This document shows, piece by piece, positions 23,097 to 35,417 of a stretch of 64,000 nucleotides of DNA. The stretch is taken from contig ML978121.1 of the NCBI GenBank assembly GCA_010015805.1, forward strand, positions 2,108,001 to 2,172,000, given 5' to 3'. Made by a program: the position numbers and the translations under genes. The first letter of the stretch is position 1. Each line of letters begins with the position of its first letter. The notes below the pieces were generated by a model that saw only the letters and a list, made by a program, of their open reading frames with translations, was not told the DNA's origin and ran no database searches. Source of the DNA: Rhizodiscina lignyota. Its lineage: Eukaryota.

Positions 23097-25540
23097 ACAG
23101 AACCGAGCATTTTTCTTTCATGCATTCGCTTGATACCCTTTCTGCCTTTTGCGGCATATCTGCTTTCGAGGCCATCTGTCATTCGTTCTGAGCAGAATTG
23201 TGTCATTCTATCTCGGCGAACCCTTTCACCGGTCCAGTATGCAGGAGAGCGACGGCCAGTTCTGCAGCCCTCAATGCGTATCACAGCATCTTGCAGCGTC
23301 GTCCCAAATTACGCGTACCAGAACTTACCGGTCTCCCGGCGTTGCGGTACTTCCACAAAGTCACTGTTCAAATATTGCTTTCACACAAGGCGCAAAGTCT
23401 CTCGGGCAATTTGCCTAGAAGCGGGATTTTTCACTTCTACCTGCGCGCATCGCTGCAGCATTGAGTGCGCGGGATGCATGACAGATTAATTACTAATGTC
23501 TTCAATTGTTAGACCATCTTGTAAATAGAGTCATTCGCGCAGGCAGTCGCGCGACCCTGAGCAAAATAGTTGTCCTATGAAGCGGCGAACGTGCCGCGTT
23601 ACTTTGTTGTCGTTCCTCAAACACTTTTTCCTTCTCCTTTGCGATCATCGTGTTGCCACACCCTCTTCCGATTCCTTCACGATGCCATGAGAAGTTGGCT
23701 TGAAGACGTGAAGCTGGATGCCTGGACCCGAGTGTACGGATCAGAAACCGGTGAGACGTTAAGGCAATGACTAGTTGATCATCATCTTCCAACGAATTGG
23801 GCCTCGTGGTCGCCCTGCAAGGGTCTTGCATATATCAAACAGGGCTGACAATGATTTGAATCCTGAGAGGGCGAAATGCTCAAGGCCTTGGGGCAACTCG
23901 GGGCGTGGGTGATCGTCTGATCATACGTGAGGGGAGCGAAAGGCTGAACGTGGAAAGGTTCCTTGTCCCGTTGCCTTAAACTCGTGACAGCTCCCACTAC
24001 TATTCGTCAATTGCTTGCTCGTGGTCTTAATACCTGGAAGTGCGCGATAAGCTTACAACTATGACTTTGAGCTACTCTGTCCAGCTGACCATTGGTCCCT
24101 GTTCTGGAGACTCCGACCACTGCCGTGGACTGTTTTGTGCTTGTGCCACGCAGAGCCTCATTCTATGTTGCGTGTCATACCTCTCTATACCTGTTACTCG
24201 GTCCAAATGCGGTTGGCGGAAGTGTCAATCTTCACCGCCGGCAGACGCCGCTGCAATGACAATAAGGCACATCTGCTCATTGAACACTCTATGTTACTCA
24301 GACCGGGCGTAGTATGAAGCAGGGCAAAGAAAAAGAGATTCGAATTGCTTGGGAAAGAGGGTGTGCTAAGAATTCGTATTGACTATCCTAGCGCCGACTA
24401 AAAGGATCGACTACCTTACGCCCCGTACTCGAGACTCTCTCCCGCATACCAACTTCAGGAATCAGTACGCCCTCCTGTCGATAAAGTTGCGGAACGGGAG
24501 AGGGCCGAACCGCATGTCTCAGCAATCCGGTGAGGAGGGGGTTGACGGGGCGTCGAAAGTGGTGTGGACGGGCAAAGGCTCGCGTGGGGACGAGAACTCG
24601 ACGAACACCGATCACTCTCCGACGTCACACCTCTCCTTATTTCAACTACATATTGTTCTGCGTCCGACTTTGATATCTCATCTCCAATTGCCGTCGACGA
24701 CGCTTGAGAGGACCTATCGACTTGATTCCGGCGACTAGCGATTAGCGGCGCGAGAGAGTGGCCAGAGCAGTCCGCTTCGCTATCCTCTCAGAACGACTGC
24801 GGGGCAAAGCTCCAATCGCGAAGGAACCGACTACATCCCTATCTGCATGAAGCAGCCAATTCCCTTCATACTCACCGGTCAAGGTAAGGCAACTGGATTT
24901 CCAACATGACGGATTCCTTGATCTTTCGCCCGATCAAAGTGGGGTTGCGCCATTGTCGCCTCTATTCGTCGAATCCGAGCAATGGCGTCGTGATGTTCGC
25001 CTTGACGCGATAGAGCGAGCTGGGGACGCTGCCACCTCATCGTCTTACTGCTTCCAGCCTTTGCCGCACCAATTGCATACCTCAGGCAGAACCTTGGTAG
25101 CTTCTGCGCTTACCCTTTCGAGGTGTATAGCAGATACCGCCACGCATTTGCATATGCTTTCGAAGATTCTCACGGAAGACAGGATAGTTGTACTACAGGA
25201 AGCCGATATGGAGGGCACTCAAGAGTATCTAGAGCCTCATGGCCTGTGTATATCAGCCCTTTCCCCGCTCAGCAAGAATCCTTTGCCTCGCGGGTTGCCA
25301 TTTCTTCTAGGATCAGCCTTCTTCTAAATATCTCGCCCCTTCCGCCCCGTTTCATTTCAAGGGCTTGGAAGAAACATTGCAGCCACCTGTTTCAGTGTCT
25401 TACCATTATATTCTGCCCCAAAAGAAAAGTTCTAGTCTGCTTCTTTTATTGTCCAGCTTAACCTTGCTCTCGTTGGGCAATTTCTCAATCCCTCAAAAAG
25501 ATCACGAGGAAGCAATTTTGCCCCATCATTGATTGTGGAA

Positions 25541-27265
25541 ATGGCTGGTGCGCAGAATATGCCTCCTCCGCCTGGGGGCCCACCGCCACCTCCTCCGCAT
25601 GCTCTACCAATGCATGCGGGAGGCCCTGGTCCGATGCCGGGCCAACAGCAACATGGGCCTCAGGGAAACATGCAGCATGCCGGTGGGATGCATGGAGGAG
25701 CGCAGTTTGGTGGAGGAAACAAGGACAACCAAAGGGAAAAGACTCCAATTGAGATCTACAGGTTCTTCAAAATCCGGAAACCAACTGCCAGAGAAGTTGG
25801 GGGCAGAGTGAGGCCCTCGTGGAATATGGCGACTTGTGAAGAGGTCCACTCCATGTCATCCACCCAGATCAAAGAGGAAGTCCAAAAGCTTCGTGGGAAA
25901 ACTCCCCGGTCTGCAGTCGATGAATACAACTCACTTGAGAGTATAAACATGCAAGGGAATGTGGACAAACTTCTCAAGGGACAACGCACCGAGGAGCCTG
26001 ATCCAAAGTTCGAGTGGCACATCGCCGCGATTGAGAAGGTGGAGCGTCAACTGCCGCAGTATAACCGCGGAATGAAGGCACAGACCGAAATTGGTTTGCT
26101 CCGCATCTATATCAAAAGGGCACTCAAGGCCGAGTACGTCACCAACGCCAATAAGCCTGACAACAAATCTAGCGGTATTGGACAAGCCAACCTAGGTGGT
26201 GCGGCTGGAGGTCCACGCCCAGGCCCAGGGAACCAATTCGCTTCCAATGGGCTCCCGGGGGGCCCTGGCGGCTTCCAGCCTGGTCCACCTGGAGGTCCAC
26301 CCATTATCAATGGGGTGCCCGGCCAAGGCATCAACCCTCCTCCAGTAACCGTCACTGTAAATCAGGCCGGCAGGAACAACAAGAATAAGGGAAAAGACAA
26401 GAGGAATGGCAGAGGAAGGAGGAGATCAAGGAGTGGAGACAACTCACCAAGCGAGTCGGAAAGCGAGTCTGATTCTGATCGATCGAGCAATTCAAACACC
26501 AGGCGACACCGCAAAGATGACGAAATTGAAAAAATCAGAGATGCTTTCGATGACATCGGCGAAAGATTGCAGAATTTGGGAAAGAGGAACAATCGACGTC
26601 GTGGCTCGTCGCCCTCAGATTTCCGTCGGCCTCCCATGGGTGCCAACAGACATCCCAGCCATGACCGTGAACGTCCACGCCGCCCTGAGTGGGTGCGCAG
26701 AAAGGGACAGTCCAGTCCTCAAAAGTACAAGGTGAAAGAAAAGGTCCGGTACGACTGGGATGAGTCCGATACCGCGGTGAATGGAAATTCAACATCATAT
26801 GTGTCTGACTGGATCGGGGGCCAAAGCACTTTCTCTCGCCCGCCTTCAGATTCGACTAACTTTACACCACCACCCTCTCCACCTCTTCATCACCGTCGTT
26901 CCCCAGAGTTCAACGCTCCTCCTTGGAGGTATCGTGAACATCGGAAGCCGCCACGCAACAATTACCCCTCACCACCAAGGTCGCCGGGACATATGGATGA
27001 CCAGTACTACAATGGTGGCATGCGTCACAACGACTATCCGAGAAGACCTTCCAACATGGAACGTCGACAGACGTATCCGCAGTATGCAGAGGATTTTAGC
27101 GACCATTATCAAAACCCCCATTACGATGGAGGGAGACGTAACACTTTTGGTGCGCATGAGCACATGAGGTCGAATAATCGGCCGGAGAGGTTCAGAAACA
27201 GAGACACGTATAGGAACAACGGCAACAGGTATCGAAACGATCGTAACTACCCAGGATGGGATTGA
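25541..27265 (+). CDS. Pro/Gly/Arg-rich, largely disordered hypothetical protein with a small folded core (~574 aa)
   Basis: Long single ORF from ATG 25541, with a core (IEIYRFFKIRK...SWNMA...FEWHIAAIE...LRIYIKR) flanked by low-complexity regions. Confidence 0.8.
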   Translation: MAGAQNMPPPPGGPPPPPPHALPMHAGGPGPMPGQQQHGPQGNMQHAGGMHGGAQFGGGNKDNQREKTPIEIYRFFKIRKPTAREVGGRVRPSWNMATCEEVHSMSSTQIKEEVQKLRGKTPRSAVDEYNSLESINMQGNVDKLLKGQRTEEPDPKFEWHIAAIEKVERQLPQYNRGMKAQTEIGLLRIYIKRALKAEYVTNANKPDNKSSGIGQANLGGAAGGPRPGPGNQFASNGLPGGPGGFQPGPPGGPPIINGVPGQGINPPPVTVTVNQAGRNNKNKGKDKRNGRGRRRSRSGDNSPSESESESDSDRSSNSNTRRHRKDDEIEKIRDAFDDIGERLQNLGKRNNRRRGSSPSDFRRPPMGANRHPSHDRERPRRPEWVRRKGQSSPQKYKVKEKVRYDWDESDTAVNGNSTSYVSDWIGGQSTFSRPPSDSTNFTPPPSPPLHHRRSPEFNAPPWRYREHRKPPRNNYPSPPRSPGHMDDQYYNGGMRHNDYPRRPSNMERRQTYPQYAEDFSDHYQNPHYDGGRRNTFGAHEHMRSNNRPERFRNRDTYRNNGNRYRNDRNYPGWD

Positions 27266-27991
27266 TAGATGATATTTCATGCACTCATTCTGCTTCCTCC
27301 TGTAATATCTCTTGTGTTGTGTAACATGTAGGGACTCTGTATTCAGGCGAAATGGCTGCAGCTTTCATCCTTCGCTTCAATAACGGCCTCAATCTTACGG
27401 TTGGACGTTGTGTATTTATCCGCAAAATTAGTTATTTCCTATGTAGCAAGTATCGCAAAAAGTAATATTCAAAAAGTATTCTCTAGTTCGGATTGTAATA
27501 TTCGTACATAATTAAAGACATCATATAAATCCGATAGTCTTTTTGAGGATGCCTTTGAGGGTCTATGTAATATTTCATGCTTCCAGATATCCAAGGTACC
27601 TCCGTGGATGAGCTCTTCGAACTACCGGCGCCTCGTACTGCGTTGGAAGTCCAATCTTCCCCGCACCGCCACGCAAACCGGCGGATAGCCCATCGGCATA
27701 TACATTTATAAAGAGCCGGACCAACGATAGCTCAACGCAATGCGGTGATGTTAGCGAACGGGGCCGTCCCGCGAGTTTCAGCTGCGGAGAAAGGCGATTT
27801 GTGGCTTGCATATGTACGTACTCCGATACCACAAAAAGTACAAGGAGACTTCTCTCTGCATCATCCCTACAATTCTAACGAAATACAATCCAGAAAAGAG
27901 TGAGAATACAATTCGGACCGAGCCGACTGGGGAAGTCAGTCCTCTTGAGCGAATCTGCCCTACAAGCGAGTGATTCGTCAAGTTCGGAGCA

Positions 27992-29254
27992 ATGATGAGT
28001 TCCGAAGCTCACAGGGGACGAGCTATTGTTTCGAGGGGCCCAAACAAAGAGGGACAATGGGCAATTGAAGACGTCACGTTGCGTCCGATCAAGGACAATG
28101 AACTGGTCGTTCAAATGGTTGCGAGCGGAATTTGTAAGCTTCAAGCCCGGAAAGCAGCTGCAGTGACTAGATATTGACACCAAAGATAGGTCACACTGAC
28201 TTCTACTTTGGCGATGCAGAGCCTGCCGAGCCTTATATGTTCTATCCGCGTGTATTAGGTCATGAAGGTAGGCCCACTCATTCCTGAACATCTCCAGTTC
28301 GGACTTGCTGACGTGGATCCGCCAGGATCTGGACGTGTCGTCGAAGTCGGCAGCAAAGTCACCGTTGCGAAACCCGGAGATCCTGTTCTCCTGTCCTTCG
28401 ATAGCTGTCAGAACTGCCAGCTATGCAGGGACCAGTTCCCGTCGTACTGTACGGCCTTCAACTCTATCAACTTCAGGGGCAATGAATGCTTCTCGAGCGA
28501 TGGGAAAGATCAAATCTTTGGATCCTTCTTTGGTCAGTCGAGCTTCGCTTCCCTGTCCGTTGTGTCGGAGAAGAGCGTCGTCAATGCGAAGGACTTGATC
28601 AGGAGCGACGATGAGCTGAAGCTGTTTGCGCCACTGGGATGTGGCATCCAGACAGGTAGCGGCACGATCTGGAATGCGTCCGATTCTGGCCCGAACGATG
28701 AAGTAGCAGTCATTGGACTCGGTGGTGTAGGGTTGAGCGCCGTTATGGCAGCCAAGATTAAGGGAGTGAAGTCGATTATCGCCATCGACAGGGTGCCTGA
28801 GCGAATACAGCTAGCAAAGGAGCTAGGAGCCACACATGGCATCGACACCTTTGGCATACGACACATGAAAGACATCATCGGAGAGGTGCAGTCTTGCACT
28901 GATGAAAACCTGGGGCCTACCATAACGATTGATACTACCGGCATCCCATCTCTTGTAGAGACGGCGATTGATTTTACGCGCACGAAAGGTAAGATCTTTC
29001 AAGTTGGAACTGGTGGCATGCAGGAGGTGAAGATTACAATGCAACCATTCATGGCCAGTGGCAAGAGCTACATCGGGGCCATTGAGGGAAATGCAACGCC
29101 GTCGAAGTACGTGCCGCAGATGATCCAGTGGTATCGAGAAGGCAAGTTCCCGCTCGAGAAGTTCGTCAAGTTCTACAAGGCGGAAGATTTCAAGAAGGGG
29201 ATCGAGGATATGCATCATGCGGCGGATGCTGTAAAACCTGTGATTGTCTGGTAA
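27992..29254 (+). CDS. Zinc-dependent medium-chain alcohol dehydrogenase (aryl/benzyl-alcohol dehydrogenase-like)
   Basis: Spliced SGICHTD and VLGHEGSG, structural-Zn CxxCxxC..C, FFGQSSFA, APLGCGIQTG and GLGGVGL. Introns ~28134-28189 and ~28268-28326. Confidence 0.92.
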
Positions 29255-29825
29255 TGCGCTGCTTCAGGCGGAACCAGATCGTATTCTATACCAGAGCAAA
29301 GAGCAACTGGAACACAGTGCGTGTTACCAGCTTGGGCGTTTGCAGTCGAGTCATCATTGGGTGTGACCATTCAAGATGTTTGGTTAATGGTTTAAGTGCG
29401 GAGCTGAGGTTTCCACGTGAAGTTATCCATACTGGTCACTGTGGGCATGAAAACCACAAAAGACATGTGGATAGGCAATACTCGCAGTGTGGAGAGGTTT
29501 TGATTGTTGTCGTGTTCCCCTCCATTTGATGTGTTCGCGTGCTCTTGCAATCTCAGTCGCGTCATCGCGCCTTCCTCCAGACAACATAAAGGTTTTAAAC
29601 GTTTCTTCACCACAACCTCTTCTCGCCCTCGTCTTCATGGAGCTTTTGCGCCGCAAAAACATCTAACTATTCACTCGCTATTCATCCGAGGACTTGAACT
29701 CTTGCAATCGCTCTTTCTGCTGCCCGCAAAACGCGTCAAACACGCTATGATTGCTTCTACTACGGTCGAAAAGCTGACTCCACGCAAACGGCCACCAATC
29801 ACGCCCTTTCGAACCCTTCTACACC

Positions 29826-31217
29826 ATGAAGAACCTTTCTGCTCCTGTGTTACCTGTAGAAAGTTCGAGTGGCGCAGTAAGGAACCCCTTGATATTTGTT
29901 TTGCAATTACTGATCGATGGGCTCCTCCAGACACACTCCAGTAAAAAACCACAGTCGCCACAACAAGCAATGCGGAGGGTCGTTACGAGGCCAAATTGTA
30001 CCCACATAGTCATGATGCGCGCGTATGGAACTCTCGCGTGCCACATTTGTGGACGAGTTCCAGATTTTGGTTGGCTTTACGTCTGCCAACAAGACCAGCA
30101 AGCGGTACAGACACCTCATCCAAACGATAGCGACGCGAGCTCATCAGGCGGTCTCTACTCGATAAAGGAAGACTTGCAGCTGACCGACCTAAGGAAGGCG
30201 ACTGATTGTCCAATTGTCTTCGAAATGGTCGCCCTTGGTTTCAGCAGGTCCGTGGTGGAGAATGCAAGGAACGGTCTGTACACGGCGGAACAACTTCAGA
30301 TTCTCGTTACACAGAAGAAACGGATGTGGGAGACTCTTCATGCTCAGGAGGCGATGCGAAATGTGAATGATGCGCTCATGTTCGCGATGTCAGGCAATTT
30401 CAAACCCACTCCAACATCTGCATTTGCTAGAAGCATGAGCAGCCCAGGGAGACGGTCGAGTGTGCGCAAGGAGAGTCCTGCTCGATATCGACTTCGAAAT
30501 AACAGGAGTCAAGCTGCACAGTGCACCTTCCAGGTCTGCCATGGCTGCCGTCCTTATTACATTGATCGCTGCTTCACGTCCTTTGAAGCCGTCTTTGCGG
30601 CAGAAGAGGAACCCATTACCGAGACGGAGAGTCGTCTATTGCCGGTTCGTGATGTCGGTATACTGAGAAAAATCGGTCTTCGAGTTCCACGCATCAGCAT
30701 CAGCAACAGCTCGGGATTGTCAACTATAAGCACCATGCCGACTCAAAGCATTAGCAGCGAGGAATACGAGATCTACGATGAGCCAAGAGCCATCGCAGAA
30801 GACTTGTCATTTGCAGACTTGTCATCTCGGAGAAACGTCGCATCGGCAAAAGGGGGATTGAGCTCGTCAAGGACTCAACTCAAGCGTACCCTTTCCGACA
30901 TCCTGAGAGACAAGCGCCTCTCGTCATCTTCGGATCAATCGAATGTAACACTTCCGCTCGAGGGTACTGGTGCACTGAGAGACTTGGATGAATGTGCAGA
31001 GGATTTCGATATCTCGCTGTTTCGCAAGATTAATAGAGGCGATACGCTGTCGCCGCTGACTCATTCTCTTCGACGATCAACTACGAGACTGCCTCTAAGG
31101 CCGATCGCATTCGAGGACGCCAGCTTTTATGGCGAGGAAGTTGAGGTGGATGGAGGTGTCGCACTGACAGAAGAAGCGGTGGAAACCCACACTCCAGATA
31201 TCATTACTCAAGTTTGA
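29826..31217 (+). CDS. Hypothetical protein with split Cys/His motifs
   Basis: 463 aa ORF with CTH..CHICG..WLYVCQQD, a distant CTFQVCHGCRP, and C-terminal GVALTEEAVE..TPDIITQV. The true start may be the ATG near 29970. Confidence 0.75.
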   Translation: MKNLSAPVLPVESSSGAVRNPLIFVLQLLIDGLLQTHSSKKPQSPQQAMRRVVTRPNCTHIVMMRAYGTLACHICGRVPDFGWLYVCQQDQQAVQTPHPNDSDASSSGGLYSIKEDLQLTDLRKATDCPIVFEMVALGFSRSVVENARNGLYTAEQLQILVTQKKRMWETLHAQEAMRNVNDALMFAMSGNFKPTPTSAFARSMSSPGRRSSVRKESPARYRLRNNRSQAAQCTFQVCHGCRPYYIDRCFTSFEAVFAAEEEPITETESRLLPVRDVGILRKIGLRVPRISISNSSGLSTISTMPTQSISSEEYEIYDEPRAIAEDLSFADLSSRRNVASAKGGLSSSRTQLKRTLSDILRDKRLSSSSDQSNVTLPLEGTGALRDLDECAEDFDISLFRKINRGDTLSPLTHSLRRSTTRLPLRPIAFEDASFYGEEVEVDGGVALTEEAVETHTPDIITQV

Positions 31218-31480
31218 AGGAACTATGACCTCCGGTTTGTCATCTTTTTCTCCAGTTGCTCTTTCCTTGAATTGCTGGCGTGGATCAAATTTTCGATTTT
31301 GTTGAAGTTCCCTTCCTGTTTTTCTCATCCAAATCATTGGTTTCTGTGATCATCAGCCGTTACGAGGAAGCTCTGGGTTTTCAAACATTTTGTTCAAATG
31401 GGGAGCACACTCTACAATTCTGCATTGGTAATCCTTAGCCTCAAACAGTTGGAGCATGTAATATACCAAAATGGAATTCA

Positions 31481-32365
31481 TCATGCTGTTTTCATCCACT
31501 TGTCTCTCAGACTCACTCCGCCAGCAATGGTGCCCAGCAGTCCGACCATCGACTCACTTATCACACCTTCCTCTAAGCTCCAATGAATTGTCATTGGCGC
31601 ATATGCAGCGTTAACGATGACTTCCTTGAGCCAGAGTGCCTCTTCTTTCCTTCTCTCTATCTTCCCCTCTTTCTCCTCTCCACCACGCTCGTGCGCTTCG
31701 CGTTTTCTCAAATGCCTCTGGCGTCCAAGACGCGCGAGATCCAGCGCAACATGTGCAGCCCAGAACCTGCTACTCCACAGCCACCATCTCGTCTGCTTAC
31801 GTTCCGTCCAGTCTAATATACCATGCTGGGCCAGATAAGCTCCGTTCTCAAGCAACTGGTATGCTGCATTTACGCCGACCTGCGTCCACGCAATAACCTT
31901 CAACGCCCTATCCTTCGGCGGCTCGAGATATGTTTTGCGGCCCCACGCGTATATCTTCAGCAGATCCCACAAGCGGACGAAAATCCTGACATCTGCAATC
32001 AAATCTGCGAGCCTCTTCGTGGAGTCTGCTGCATATGCCAATCTGGAAGCACCTTCTGGCGCCGGGATGGTCGCGACGAGCGTTTCGCCTGGGAGTAAGG
32101 TATCAGACGCGTTCTTTGCGATTGTTTCTGCAAGCGATTGGAGTCGCGAGGCGAGGAGCGCGGACAGGCGTGCGTGGACTAAGGTAAGAAAGTAGCAGAT
32201 CGTGCAGAGGGCGGTATCGACACCGGAAGGCGTGGACAGGAGACGGTTAAGACGTATGAGGAAGATGTCGCTTCGGGAAAGGAGCGTCGTGATTTGTCTG
32301 CTGGAGAGCGCCATATAGCGGGCAAATGGCGAAGGCGGTGGGGACGTCGGAGGAGCGTCCGCCAT
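31481..32365 (-). CDS. PEX11: Peroxisomal membrane protein, PEX11 family (Pex11C-like)
   Basis: RLNRLLSTPSGVDTAL, DVRIFVRLWDL, YQLLENGAYLA, WWLWSSRFWAAHV and NAAYAPMTIHWS motifs. Intronless. Confidence 0.85.
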   Translation of the reverse strand: MADAPPTSPPPSPFARYMALSSRQITTLLSRSDIFLIRLNRLLSTPSGVDTALCTICYFLTLVHARLSALLASRLQSLAETIAKNASDTLLPGETLVATIPAPEGASRLAYAADSTKRLADLIADVRIFVRLWDLLKIYAWGRKTYLEPPKDRALKVIAWTQVGVNAAYQLLENGAYLAQHGILDWTERKQTRWWLWSSRFWAAHVALDLARLGRQRHLRKREAHERGGEEKEGKIERRKEEALWLKEVIVNAAYAPMTIHWSLEEGVISESMVGLLGTIAGGVSLRDKWMKTA

Positions 32366-34116
32366 TGTTATGGAAGAGACGGGATGATGACGAATCTTGC
32401 TGCAGTGGTGCTTGTTTTGAGTATCGAGACAACCTACTTATGAAAGCTCAATTCAGTATATACTTAGAAGAACCCAAGCACATCTTGAAGCAAACAACTG
32501 TCCTGTCGCGACTTTAACAATCAGGTTGTGGTGCAGGGATTGCATTTCCTAACTCAGCCGAGGTTTCCTCGGCCAGTCTTTTTCACTACATCGTCGCTGA
32601 TAAGATTGATGGGCTGAAAAGAGAGGGATGATTGAGGCATGTGAACAGCTTTCTATGGTGCAAATTCGAATCGTGCTTTGGACGCTCGCATGACAGAGAT
32701 TGTGAGTTCTTACACATGAGCGGGAGCGATGCCGATCTTACGATTCCGTTGTCCACCAAGCATGACCCGAGGGAAAACCTCTTGCTCTAACGATCATAGT
32801 GTCCGATTAGGACCTAGACCAGAATACGAACAAAACCATTGTATGACAGTTTTCTTAGCGCCTATTCATCTCTCAACTGATTATTGGGCCCTTACTATCC
32901 TCTCCCAGTAGTCATCGAGAAATCACCTCTTTTCATCACTATCTCGCTATGCCTCTTTGCCACAGCTCACACAGGATTTCATGACTCAGTCTAAGTTCAT
33001 CTCCGTTTCCTATACATCATTCGGCGAGTCCGGACATTCTTGAGAGAGGCTGATTGGCTTTCTTACTTCTATAACAATGGTGATATTGGTGGATTCTGTA
33101 GATCCCCCAAGCCAGCTCAGAAGCCCGACGACCTACGCGAGTCGGCATGCTCCCATTGCTCGAATCGGCGTGGATATAAGCTCCACGGACGAATTGCTTT
33201 TAAGAATCGCTAATTCTTTTAACACAAGGATCTGACGGCCGGGAACAACGTGGGCTTGCTGTGGGTGAGCAAGTTTCTGCAACAAACTGCCTCACACCAC
33301 AACCGGAAACGAACTAGTGCTCTCCGGCTTCTCTCTTCCATCAGCATCAAAGAGGTACCCATAACTAGCTCAAGAGAGATATTTACGACTTTGGGAGACC
33401 TTCGAACCTAATATGAGCACATTCCACGCCCTCCGGAATGGCTACTGATACCCCACTGTAGCGGGCCGAGCCTAGGTACGAAGACGCACATAAGAGGTAC
33501 AGTAGCTGTGTCAAGGCTGGAACACCGTAATCCACTCTCTGAACTGGTTCGATATCATGTCTTACATTGTACCTCTAGCCTTGCCGTCGGCCCTTCTACC
33601 TGGCACTATTGAAAGAGTCAGGGAGACTTCCACGTACTTCGCGGAATTGCATTCCACAGCTCAACGGAACTCGGCAGCCTAACGCATTAGCACTTACGCA
33701 GGCCCCGGAAGATAATCTGGTGGGTGTCACTCCAGAACAATCTCTCAATTCCGAGATTTAGGGTCTCCTCAACGCCTTTCGTCATCGGAGTACCCCGCCA
33801 CTCTCACAAATCTCGCCCATGTCGAAGTACCCCGAAGGGAGCAAACATGTCAGACCACAGGAGTTGCCTCTTCCAGTCGCACAAACCCCTCGTATTTGAC
33901 AAAACCAGTTAGGGAAGCCTCAAACAATCGCCCCGCTCCCGTGACACTGGGTGGAACCGCGCATGCATTTGGTGGAAGTCCCACATGCTCAGCTCACCTT
34001 CGATTGACCTTTAATTGGTCGATCGCCAAGGTGGACAGGGCGATTCCAGAGTCAGGACTCAACGATCTGCGGGACTTGTGCTGCCGCGCCAAGCGACAAT
34101 CACTTCGTCCTCTGGG

Positions 34117-34124
34117 TATATATA
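34117..34124 (+). promoter_or_regulatory. TATA box of the metallothionein gene
   Basis: TATATATA about 125 bp upstream of ATG 34245. CTTGTGCTG (Ace1-type HTHNNGCTG core) at 34075-34083. Confidence 0.5.
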
Positions 34125-34244
34125 GTTCTCGATGTTCCTCCGAAGGAGAGGTCCTACATAGTACAAACGATCAGTAAACCAGATATCAATTCCATCAAAC
34201 GTACCGAACCAAAACCGTTCACATCTCGAATCAATACCATCATC

Positions 34245-34367
34245 ATGTCTCCATGCAACTGCGGACCTAACTGCTCCTGTGCTAAGGACAACTGCACCTG
34301 CGGCGTAAGTTTTGGTTCCTCGCAATAAGCATCGAACAGATTTGGCTAACGATCCCAACAGAAATAA
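34245..34367 (+). CDS. Metallothionein-like micropeptide, 21 aa: MSPCNCGPNCSCAKDNCTCGK
   Basis: Exon 1 34245-34304, canonical intron 34305-34361 (GTAAGT..GCTAAC..CAG), exon 2 AAA TAA. Three CxC motifs, catcATG context and upstream TATA. Confidence 0.88.
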
Positions 34368-34753
34368 TTGCTTGCAATGTCCGACTCCTTTCGGTCCTTT
34401 ATTTGAACGACCAATGCCTATCGACGCTCCTTCAACACAATGACTCTTTTAAGGCTTTGAAAATCTGGTGGAAAATCTATCATCAGCGTGAAAGAGGATC
34501 ATGCGTTTCTCAATGGCGGAAAGTTGTGATATGAGTTTATAAATTTGAGGAGATATCATCTGAGATTAGCAATTCCAAGTTAAGCTTCTCGCTGTGTAGT
34601 GCCAGTGTGTACATTTTTGCAATGAAGAGACACCAGAGTGTCGAAGAAATACCGTTCCAAGCCCCAGTTCTTGCATTATGCGCCAAATCCTTCTGGTACC
34701 GGACCATTCTCTCATCCTTTCGCCTGCAATGCCATGATTCGTAAAGTCATATA

Positions 34754-35417
34754 TCATTTCCTTGCACAACTGTGCTTGTTCCTGAAGTGCTTCGCATATC
34801 TCTCGGCATTTCCAAAGTCCGTCATCGCCTTTGCACATCCGATCACTCCGCACCGTCGGTGGGCTATTTGTATATTGTGCTCGGTCCAGAACTGGAAGCA
34901 AACTCTGTGCACTCTGCAGTGCTCTACAAACTGCATCTGATGCTCTTGGGCGTCAGCCGCATTATTGAACTCCATCTTACATCGCGGGCAGGATATCTTC
35001 GTGCTCGGCGGCGGAGGCGCTAAGAACAATTCTCCCCTGGCTCCGTTATATATCACGATGTTCTGCCCCGTGGCAGACTGGTTCGTCCCCTGAGGCACGA
35101 CGAGTTTACCGTCATTGTATATAGCTCCAAGAAGTCAGCTGTGCTAGACCGACGTATTCCTACCAATATATCTCACCGATAGTATTCGAGTTGGGCGGAA
35201 TTGCGGAAGGGAAGGTACTGAGGGCGGTCTTGGTCGTGAAATAGGAGGATACGGTTTGGGCAGCAAGTTGCATGCCCTGTGTGATCAGGCCGACTGCTGA
35301 CCAGGCTTGGGGGTCTGCCGATGCAGCTGTCGTTGCCGTAATTTGCGTTTGTGCGGCTGGTAGATTCGGTAGGGACTTCTCGCGGAGGACGATCTGTGAG
35401 GCCTCGACGACTTCCAT
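34754..35417 (-). CDS. Hypothetical protein with C-terminal C2H2-like zinc fingers
   Basis: CPRC..F......H...F..HCRVH..C....H....H..CGVIGC....F.......HF...H. The upstream ORF 35160-35477 is probably joined by an intron at ~35123-35164. Start uncertain. Confidence 0.55.

Noticed and set aside
23100..25500. Many 60-120 aa ORFs in a 2.4 kb gap
   Set aside because: Overlapping, random-looking translations; consistent with UTRs and promoter of the flanking genes
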